In this document: in pieces, positions 1 to 7,160 of the stretch
Numbering within the stretch: the stretch's first letter is position 1
How the letters are laid out: each line of letters begins with the position of its first letter
DNA from: Candidatus Hadarchaeota archaeon
GTDB taxonomy: Archaea > CAYQAE01 > CAYVLA01
Direction of reading: 5' to 3'
Assembly: GCA_964621445.1 (NCBI GenBank)
Contig: CAZUNO010000044.1
Span: 1 to 13,789 of the forward strand
Length of the DNA: 13,789 bases
Translations under genes and position numbers: made by a program
Notes under the pieces: generated by a model
Seen by the model: only the letters and a program-made list of their open reading frames with translations
Told to the model about the DNA's origin: nothing
The model's database searches: none

Positions 1-360
1 CAAAGCCCACAGCAAGCCACAAACAAGAAACAAGCAAACAACTGTCAAAGACGAGTTCTAGGTGTATTTTCTGGTAACGACCATTGTGTTAGGTATCAGG
101 TCCTGGTTCCATCAGGTTTGTCTATGGCCGTGAAAATAATGTTTGTCCCATCTGTGGCTCCGTCCTCACCCAAATACCATCGGATCACTGTTTACAATGG
201 TCGAACTATAATGGGAAATAGAGCAGCCATCGCCCGTCCCACCAATAACTGGGCGGAACCGCAATTAGGTGCGAGAAGAATCTAAATTCTCCTAGGCCTT
301 GGGTTGGACATGGCCGGCCCAGCATCCATATTCCCGGTCCCGGCCTTCCATGTTTTCACA

Positions 361-373
361 TAATTTAATTAAC
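361..373 (+). promoter_or_regulatory. Possible TATA-like AT-rich promoter element upstream of mscS
   Basis: TAATTTAATTAAC, including the palindrome TTAATTAA at 365-372, is a conspicuous AT-rich run about 75 nt upstream of the ATG at 446. Its function is inferred only. Confidence 0.3.
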
Positions 374-433
374 AGGGAGAGACCTCTGGAAAACACTTCT
401 GATGATTGTCGTTTCTTGTGGTACCTACCAAAT

Positions 434-438
434 GGAGG
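434..438 (+). promoter_or_regulatory. Shine-Dalgarno site for mscS
   Basis: GGAGG 7 nt upstream of ATG at 446. Confidence 0.7.
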
Positions 439-445
439 CGATGGC

Positions 446-1513
446 ATGAAAAAACATGCAAGTTCAAAATTTGGTCCTGAGGAGGAACCCGGTCCGAGCA
501 TATCAAAAATGCCTACAAGTGGCCGTTCCTTCATCCTAATCGTCATTATTATAGGCGCCATCCTGGTGCTAGCGTTTCTTTACGAAGCAGGCTATGTATT
601 TGGAAAGCAAGTTGAGGATGGTGACCCCCTGGCCAAAGGACTGGTAAGTCTATCGATCATCATAATCCTCTGGTTACTTTACCTCATTCCATCCAGAACC
701 TTCAGTGCCGCTGCCAAAAGACATCCGGAAAGGCAGGGGGACATCATCATGATAAAGGGACTAGTTAGGGCAATTTTCCTCTTTGTCGGAACATTTGGAA
801 TATTGAGCGTGATCTTTGATGTGGGAGCACTTCTTGCGGTGATAGGGGCCTTTGCAGGGATGTTCCTAGGCTGGTCGCTCCAGAGCCCTGTGTCGGGGTT
901 CGTTGCTTACATACTGGTAACCGTGAAGAGGCCCTTCAAGGTCGGTGATAGGGTTCTGTTCCCGAGTTGGAATCTAATCGGTGATGTCCTCGATGTGGGT
1001 GCCATGTACACTCGACTAAATCAGGTAGGAGGCACGGTCGGAAGCGAGGATAAATCGAACCGCGAAATACTCATCCCCAACGCCCAGTTATGGGGACATG
1101 TAATAATTAACTACACCTCGTCTTTTCATCTTGGTGGAGAGGAAGGGGAATCCACAAGCTCAAGATTTGTACTTGATGAGGTTGTAGCAAGAGTCACATT
1201 CGATTCGGATTGGGAACAGGTTGAAACCATTCTCATTAATGCAGCAAAGAAGGTAACCGCCGATATTATTGAGGAAACGGGAAACGATCCCTATGTCAGA
1301 TCCGATATGTATGACTACGGAATATACATGAGGCTTCGTTTCATGACCGTACCCACCGATAGACCCAGAATATCCTACGAGATTACCAAGAGAATCGTAA
1401 AAGGGTTCCAAAAATCGGAGAAGGTTGATTTTGCCATTCCCTGGGTCTATTCTTACAGGAAAGCCCTGGGCCAGAAGGATCTGCCTAATCTTCAAGAAGA
1501 TCCCAGCCTTTAG
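446..1513 (+). CDS. mscS: Small-conductance mechanosensitive ion channel (MscS family), about 355 aa
   Basis: N-terminal hydrophobic segments, TM3-like GAFAGMFLGWSLQSPVSG, then RPFKVGDRV...GDVLDVG..YT and ILIPNAQL, typical of the MscS beta domain. Start moved from the ORF-track TTG at 299 to ATG at 446 because GGAGG lies at 434-438. Confidence 0.9.
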   Translation: MKKHASSKFGPEEEPGPSISKMPTSGRSFILIVIIIGAILVLAFLYEAGYVFGKQVEDGDPLAKGLVSLSIIIILWLLYLIPSRTFSAAAKRHPERQGDIIMIKGLVRAIFLFVGTFGILSVIFDVGALLAVIGAFAGMFLGWSLQSPVSGFVAYILVTVKRPFKVGDRVLFPSWNLIGDVLDVGAMYTRLNQVGGTVGSEDKSNREILIPNAQLWGHVIINYTSSFHLGGEEGESTSSRFVLDEVVARVTFDSDWEQVETILINAAKKVTADIIEETGNDPYVRSDMYDYGIYMRLRFMTVPTDRPRISYEITKRIVKGFQKSEKVDFAIPWVYSYRKALGQKDLPNLQEDPSL

Positions 1514-1517
1514 GGGC

Positions 1518-4268
1518 TCATTCTTGGGCATCCCTTCTACGCACTAGATACTTGCGAACTTCCTCTACCACCAGTATGGCCAAAGCGAAGGGAATGAAAA
1601 CTAACCAGACCCAGGGTTCTAGTGGTTGGGTTCCAAATATGCTGTGAAGCGGAGTGAAGTAGACAATGGCCATGATCAGGGAAACCTCGGACACAAAGCC
1701 GTAAAGCAGGTTCTTGTTTGAGAAGGGGCCGATGCTAAACACCGAATCCTTGGTGGTTCTTGATACTAGACCATTCACGATCTGGGTTATGATTATGGCA
1801 GCCAGGCAAGCCGTGGTAGCGGTCATATACAGTCCCGGGGATGCATCCATTCCAAAGCTCCAACCACCGCCCTTTAATACCAGCCAGTAGCCCACCAATC
1901 CAGCCGCGGCCTCGATTGGCCCGATTAGTCCGTAGGACCGGGCAAGAGTTGACCACTTCAGAATTCTCTCATCCCTTTTCCTTGGCGGACGGGTCATCAC
2001 ATCGCTCTCGGGCTTCTCGGTTCCCAGGGCGGTGGCCGGAACCATGTCTGTCCCGAGGTCCACGGTCAAGATCTGGATGACCGTTAGAGGGAGCGGTACT
2101 CCGAACAGAATGAAGACTATGAAAGGCACGATCTCCGGTATGTTGCTGGTAAGGATATAGCTAACGAATCTTCTAATATTATCGAAAACCGCCCTTCCCT
2201 CCTCAACGGCGTTTACTATGGTGGCAAAGTTATCATCGACCAGGATCATGTCGGCGGCCTCCTTTGCCACATCGGTTCCTGCCTGGCCCATGGCGATTCC
2301 AATATCGGCTTTTTTCAGAGCTGGGGCATCGTTAACGCCATCACCGGTTACCGCAACGACCCCGCCCATATCTTGAAGGGCGTCAACGATATCCATCTTG
2401 TCCTTGGGAGTGGATCGGGCGAAGATAATCTCGTCTGCCTCCAGGTGAGATTTCAATTCTTCTTGGGTCATGCCCTCTAGTTCCGAACCCTCAATTATAT
2501 TCGGGGTCTCCCCCTCAACCACATTGACATCCCGCGCGATTGAAAGGGCGGTTTCCCTACTATCACCAGTTATAACAATGATCTTAATCCCCGCTTCCTT
2601 GCACCTTCTTACGGCCTCCGATACCTCCTTTCTTGGGGGGTCAATCATGCCCACGATGCCAAGAAAATTAAGCTCGGATTCCACTGACTGGGCACTGAGA
2701 TCCTCTTCCCCTTCCGATAGATCTCTCCTGGCCACGGCTATTACCCGCAGGGCCTTCTTCTCGAACTGGGCCTGTTTCTCCTTAATTTTCTTTCGATCCT
2801 CATCGGTTAGATCGCTTTCCTCCCCGGAAATGCAGATCCCGGTGCAATTAGGCAATAGGCTATCCAGCGCCCCCTTAACGTAAGCTGCCTTTTTTCCTTC
2901 CCCGGTGGTCACCACCGTGCTCATCATCTTCCTTTCGGAATCGAATGGGTTTACCTTTAGCTTTGAAAATTCCTCCTCCAGTTCATCAGTATCCATGATC
3001 TTTGAGCTCAATACCATCAAAGCGCCTTCAGTTGGATCCCCTATAATATCCCAATTTCCCTGTTCCTTAACCAGGGAGGATTCATTGCATAGGGCAACCC
3101 CTCTCAGGAGCTCGTTGAGATTCCCGAGCTCCTTTTCATCCAGTTTATCCCCATTCTGGTTCTGTATCTCGCCCGACGGCTTGTACCCGGTTCCCGTTAC
3201 CGATAATTCACTCTCATTTGCGTAAATTCTCCTCACCGTCATCTCATTCTTAGTCAGGGTTCCCGTCTTGTCAGTGCAGATAACGGTGGTGGACCCCAGG
3301 GTTTCCACGTCGTTTAGGCTCTTGATGAGAGCGTTTCTTTCCGCCATTCTTTGGCTGGCAATTGATAGGGTAAGAGTAACGGTGGGGAGAAGACCCTCGG
3401 GGACATTGGCAACCAGTATTCCAATTGCAAATATCAAGTTAGGCCAGAAACCCCTTCCCACCCCCATGCCGGCGAAGAAGAATACAACTGCTAGAACGAT
3501 CGCTATGGCCGATATGGTTCGAATGAAAACCAAGATCTCCCTCTGGAGAGGCGTGAATTTCTCGCCGATCTCCTGGGTCAGGTGAGCTACCTTTCCAAAT
3601 TCGGTGCCCATACCGGTGGCGAAGATAACCGCCCTGCCCTGACCCGAAACGACGGTAGTACCTGAAAACACCACGTTTTCGCTGTCAAATATCTCCACAT
3701 CCTGTGCTTCAGACGTTCGAGGTTGGGGCTCAGATTCTCCCGTGAGGGCAGAGTTATTTACTCTCAGCTCATTTTCCTCAACCAGACGAGCATCAGCGGG
3801 AATCCTGTCCCCGGCATCCAACATTATTATATCTCCAGGGACGATTTCGGCGGCCTCGATCTCCCTGGGTTTGCCTTCCCGGAGAACCTTTGCCTCGACC
3901 GCCAACATGCTGCGGAGAGCTTCCGCGGCCTTTTCAGCTTTGTACTCCTGGTAGAAGGTGAAGATTGCATTCAGGAACACCACACCTACAAGGGCGTAAC
4001 CAATCATTAGCATGCTGGGATCATCGGAGACATACCCACCAGCGAAGGACAAAATCGCCGCCACCCATAGTAACAAAGCAAATAGATTAGTTAGCTGACG
4101 GAAGAATCGGACTACTAGTGGGGTCTTTGCCTCCTTCTTCAGGACATTTTCCCCAAACTGATCAAGTCTAGAGGAAGCCTCGCTCTCCTTGAGGCCCTCT
4201 TTGCTGGAGCCTAGTTCCTCAAATACCTCCTCTCTATCAATCTGGGTAATCTTTGCCATTTTTACCAT
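1518..4268 (-). CDS. Cation-transporting P-type ATPase, type II, with Na+,K+/H+,K+-ATPase (P2C)-like membrane motifs
   Basis: TGES (3732-3743), phosphorylation motif DKTGTLT (DKTGT at 3258-3272), FDSERKMMS, KGA, DPPR, TGD and GDGVNDAPALKKADIG. Membrane motifs are M4 VANVPEG, M5 YILTSNIPE and M6 DLGTDMVPA. An alternative start is ATG at 4259. Confidence 0.96.
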   Translation of the reverse strand: MVKMAKITQIDREEVFEELGSSKEGLKESEASSRLDQFGENVLKKEAKTPLVVRFFRQLTNLFALLLWVAAILSFAGGYVSDDPSMLMIGYALVGVVFLNAIFTFYQEYKAEKAAEALRSMLAVEAKVLREGKPREIEAAEIVPGDIIMLDAGDRIPADARLVEENELRVNNSALTGESEPQPRTSEAQDVEIFDSENVVFSGTTVVSGQGRAVIFATGMGTEFGKVAHLTQEIGEKFTPLQREILVFIRTISAIAIVLAVVFFFAGMGVGRGFWPNLIFAIGILVANVPEGLLPTVTLTLSIASQRMAERNALIKSLNDVETLGSTTVICTDKTGTLTKNEMTVRRIYANESELSVTGTGYKPSGEIQNQNGDKLDEKELGNLNELLRGVALCNESSLVKEQGNWDIIGDPTEGALMVLSSKIMDTDELEEEFSKLKVNPFDSERKMMSTVVTTGEGKKAAYVKGALDSLLPNCTGICISGEESDLTDEDRKKIKEKQAQFEKKALRVIAVARRDLSEGEEDLSAQSVESELNFLGIVGMIDPPRKEVSEAVRRCKEAGIKIIVITGDSRETALSIARDVNVVEGETPNIIEGSELEGMTQEELKSHLEADEIIFARSTPKDKMDIVDALQDMGGVVAVTGDGVNDAPALKKADIGIAMGQAGTDVAKEAADMILVDDNFATIVNAVEEGRAVFDNIRRFVSYILTSNIPEIVPFIVFILFGVPLPLTVIQILTVDLGTDMVPATALGTEKPESDVMTRPPRKRDERILKWSTLARSYGLIGPIEAAAGLVGYWLVLKGGGWSFGMDASPGLYMTATTACLAAIIITQIVNGLVSRTTKDSVFSIGPFSNKNLLYGFVSEVSLIMAIVYFTPLHSIFGTQPLEPWVWLVFIPFALAILVVEEVRKYLVRRRDAQE

Positions 4269-5105
4269 TCACGATTGCCCTGGCCTCCAGATCAGCACAT
4301 TGCAGGGAGCTCCGGATATCAATTTTGTAAGGTCATGCCCCTTGATGAGGACCTTTAGAATATTTTGTCGAGTGAACTCCAGAACCATCAGGTCGTGCCT
4401 CTCCTTCGAAACCCGATCCAAAATGCTCTTATGAGGTGTGCTACAGGTCTCGATAGTCAGGTTTGGCCGAAGACCTTTTTCCATTATCCTCTCCGACATG
4501 GAAGTCACTTGCTTTCTTCGCCTATATTTCAATTCAGAGATTTCACTCGAGTCATAAACCTTCTTCCCGGATATCTCAACGCAGCTGTAAAGTGTCAAAC
4601 CTGCTTCATAATACCTCGATAGTCCGTACAATAATTCTGATAACTCCCGGTCGCTCTCCTCCTTTCTGGATCCCTTGATGGGTACCAGCATCCTTTCATG
4701 GTTTAATGGTATTCCGCAGTTCACAACTCGGGCCAGAATAACCGACCCCCAGAAATCCCTGATCAGAGAGATCGGTACCGATTTCCTGGCCAGGCCGAAG
4801 GATAGGTTCTCCGGATTTCTGAGATCCGCCAGGACGATATCCGGGTCCAATTCCTCCAGTCCTTCCTCCACTGCTGTGGAGAGATCCCCCTTTCTCAGGG
4901 ATACCTCGATATCCAGGCCGAGATCTGCACCCTGAAGGAGCACTCTATCACAGGAGGAGGATATCTTGGATTCTTCTTCCTCGCTTTCATAGGCGGAAAG
5001 AACCGTGGCCCTGGACCCAAATGCCTTGGCGATCACCAGTCCATACCTGGCAGCAACCTCGGATCCAAAGGATCCATCTATCACCAGGGCTGCCTTATCA
5101 TACAT
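4269..5105 (-). CDS. Tandem universal stress protein (two USP-like domains)
   Basis: First domain starts MYDKAALVIDGSFGSEVAARYG. Second domain starts ERMLVPIKGS and ends HDLMVL...LISGAPCNVLIWR. The 278 aa length fits two USP domains. Confidence 0.85.
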   Translation of the reverse strand: MYDKAALVIDGSFGSEVAARYGLVIAKAFGSRATVLSAYESEEEESKISSSCDRVLLQGADLGLDIEVSLRKGDLSTAVEEGLEELDPDIVLADLRNPENLSFGLARKSVPISLIRDFWGSVILARVVNCGIPLNHERMLVPIKGSRKEESDRELSELLYGLSRYYEAGLTLYSCVEISGKKVYDSSEISELKYRRRKQVTSMSERIMEKGLRPNLTIETCSTPHKSILDRVSKERHDLMVLEFTRQNILKVLIKGHDLTKLISGAPCNVLIWRPGQS

Positions 5106-5177
5106 CGGGTCAGGGTTTCTGGCTCCTTTCTTAGATCTTTCGCCCGTCCGTCAAACTCGAGCCTCGCCCTGCAACCC

Positions 5178-6212
5178 CTACCATGGCGAGGGAATGTATC
5201 CTCGAGATATCAGTATGATCAAAACTAATGCGATAAATAGGATTATCCAAAATGAAATTGCCTGTCTGGTATACCTCTTGGCCTTCCTCTCCTTCCACCA
5301 GCTATTTGGATGGATTCCCTGGACCAGGAAGGTGACTACCCCGGCCAGATTGAGACCGATCAGGTTTGTGACCAGCAGAAGTAGGGAACCCAGAGCAGCA
5401 CCAAAATTCCCTGACCCCATCAGAATCCCAAAAACCACCAGAGGTGGCAGCAGGGCAACGGCTACCATCACCCCCACCAGGGCCGTCGAGACGCCTGTTG
5501 TGAAGGCCAACCCACCCACGGTGCCCGCAACCAGGGCCACCGCGACCTCACCCAGCCTTACCTGGGTCCGAGAGGCAACTTCCGGCAATTGAACCACGTC
5601 AACTTGACCCATGATCATCAGGCCCAGCAACACGGGAACGATGAGCGATGCTAGAAATCCAGCTGTATTGGTCTTAAGGGCTCGTTGCGCCAGATCCGTG
5701 TCCCCAAGTGTGGTTGCCAGGGCCAGAGCCACATTTGGCCCCAGGAGAGGTGCGATAACCATGGCCCCGATTATGACCGCGATACTTCCATAAATTATCC
5801 CTACAGCGGCAGCGAGAGAGGACATCACACAAAGGAGTATCCATCTCTTATCAAGCTTGATCGCGTCCATTATGTCGTTATAGACCTCCTCTCGATACAT
5901 TCTTCCAACGTCGGGGGATGGCTTCTCCTTTTCGGTTTCAGCTTTCTCTTTATCCTCGGGCTGGGGTCTGGGTATCGCTGCCTCGACGGAGAGGAGGATT
6001 ATCCTGAAGTTGTCGGTGGATGAGGAGTATCTTTTCTCGAGAATATCGAGTATGGTTTCAGTATTTTCGGCTCTAAGTAGAATCTTGATTAGCTGCTTAT
6101 CTCCAGGGAGGGTGTCCTTCCAGATGCTCAAGATGGGTTGGTCCTCCAGGAGTTTGTCCAGCTCATCCTCTCTGTCCTGGGAAATGACCATCTCTATAAG
6201 GCGAAGGGGCAT
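5178..6212 (-). CDS. TIGR00341/DUF389 family membrane protein, about 344 aa
   Basis: Family motifs AVIIGAMVIAPLLGPNVALAL, ALVGVMVAVALLPPL and LLVTNLIGLNLAG, plus a soluble N-terminal domain starting MPLRLIE. Start set at ATG 6212 because the ORF-track start at 6299 overlaps the HD gene. Confidence 0.9.
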   Translation of the reverse strand: MPLRLIEMVISQDREDELDKLLEDQPILSIWKDTLPGDKQLIKILLRAENTETILDILEKRYSSSTDNFRIILLSVEAAIPRPQPEDKEKAETEKEKPSPDVGRMYREEVYNDIMDAIKLDKRWILLCVMSSLAAAVGIIYGSIAVIIGAMVIAPLLGPNVALALATTLGDTDLAQRALKTNTAGFLASLIVPVLLGLMIMGQVDVVQLPEVASRTQVRLGEVAVALVAGTVGGLAFTTGVSTALVGVMVAVALLPPLVVFGILMGSGNFGAALGSLLLLVTNLIGLNLAGVVTFLVQGIHPNSWWKERKAKRYTRQAISFWIILFIALVLIILISRGYIPSPW

Positions 6213-6264
6213 TATCTGGACCTTTTCTGTATAAGGGCTTCGGACCAATAAAGGTCTTTTGTGA

Positions 6265-7062
6265 CTAATAGGAAAGCTCGAAACCTGAATCCTTACCATT
6301 AACCAGGGATTTGACGGTTACCAGGTGTGATATATTCGAGGTTCGAAGCTTTTCTCCCAGGATCTTTTCCACCTGGAAGATTCCCGCTGAGTTGCTGCAG
6401 TTAACCCTTATCAAAACGGGTCTGTCCTCACCGGGCATGATCTCCACCTTCTCTATTGACATAGCAGAAAGCGAATGGATATCAACCGAACCTCTATCGT
6501 AGGGCACCCTTGCCCTTCCTTTCTCCATGTCGGTGCCGTCGCCGACTTTAACACACCCGGCCTCAACGGTCAGGCATTCTATATCCTCTTCATGGCTATA
6601 GGCTGCATGAAGCGTTTCGGCTGCTATATGGGTGGCTTTGGGCGTCCTGCCGTATATACTTTCGGTTAGCCTCTCCACTATGGGTCCGGCGAGGGCGACT
6701 GTGTGTAGTTGATGTTGGTCTCTATGGACTGCGTTCCCAATATCGTGAAGATAGGCTCCAACGGTGGCTACCAGAGTGGAGTCGTCAATATCACCGGCTC
6801 CTTCAGCTACAATGGTAGGGGACTCCCTCCTGGAGATCAGATCCAGGAGGGTGGCCGAATTTCTCGATGATATCACCGCATGAACCGGCCCATGATCATT
6901 ATAGCCAAGTCTGTTGACCGCCATCACATTTGACATTCTAAGATAGGCGCCAACCTGTGAATCATCATACAGACTCCTGAAGGCCTCCAGGGATTTGGGC
7001 CTATCCTCCAATATTCTAACCAGCTCGGCCTTTGCAGATTCCTTCATTGATTCCTTTGGCAA
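6265..7062 (-). CDS. HD-superfamily metal-dependent phosphohydrolase (COG3294-like)
   Basis: NDHGPVH, YLHDIGNAVHR, SHEE and GDGTDMEKGRAR motifs. Start is TTG 7062 (AGGAG at 7080-7076) or ATG 7047. Confidence 0.88.
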   Translation of the reverse strand: MPKESMKESAKAELVRILEDRPKSLEAFRSLYDDSQVGAYLRMSNVMAVNRLGYNDHGPVHAVISSRNSATLLDLISRRESPTIVAEGAGDIDDSTLVATVGAYLHDIGNAVHRDQHQLHTVALAGPIVERLTESIYGRTPKATHIAAETLHAAYSHEEDIECLTVEAGCVKVGDGTDMEKGRARVPYDRGSVDIHSLSAMSIEKVEIMPGEDRPVLIRVNCSNSAGIFQVEKILGEKLRTSNISHLVTVKSLVNGKDSGFELSY

Positions 7063-7160
7063 TATTGATCCCAGACTCCTATTTTCCTAAAATAGATTGC
7101 CCTCTAATGAACTCGGTCATGGTAATGGGCAATAGATATCAATGAATAGATAGAGCTGGA
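7063..7160. promoter_or_regulatory. Divergent promoter region with an imperfect inverted repeat and three AATAGAT direct repeats
   Basis: 98-nt gap between two divergent gene arms. ATTGCCC (7096-7102) pairs with GGGCAAT (7127-7133), with inner ATGA (7107-7110) and TCAT (7117-7120). AATAGAT occurs at 7091, 7131 and 7145. Confidence 0.45.

Noticed and set aside
1-84. Minus-strand MVVTRKYT*NSSLTVVCLFLVCGLLWAL, resembling a signal peptide interrupted by TAG
   Set aside because: It is too short and truncated by the edge, its hydrophobicity follows from the low-complexity tract, and there is no other evidence of recoding.
227-444. GGCGATGG (- strand 234-227, + strand 437-444) and CTGATGA near 400, reminiscent of a fluoride riboswitch or C/D-box sRNA
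   Set aside because: The elements are in the wrong order or strand, and the required pairing or a properly spaced D box is missing.
299-445. 49-aa N-terminal extension of MscS from TTG 299
   Set aside because: No RBS is evident, the sequence is not family-like, and a strong GGAGG precedes ATG 446.
230-5149. Exact 10-mer TCGCCCGTCC in two intergenic regions (230-239 and 5140-5149)
   Set aside because: A single 10-nt match is expected by chance at this scale, the flanks do not extend, and the positions relative to genes differ.
5005-5592. 195-aa + strand ORF, and the many other 60-165 aa antisense or alternate-frame ORFs in the track
   Set aside because: They are shadows of well-supported genes, with no recognisable motifs and S/P/R/T-rich composition.
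6213-6299. 29-aa N-terminal extension of TIGR00341
   Set aside because: It overlaps the HD gene end, and the family-typical start is MPLRLIE at 6212.
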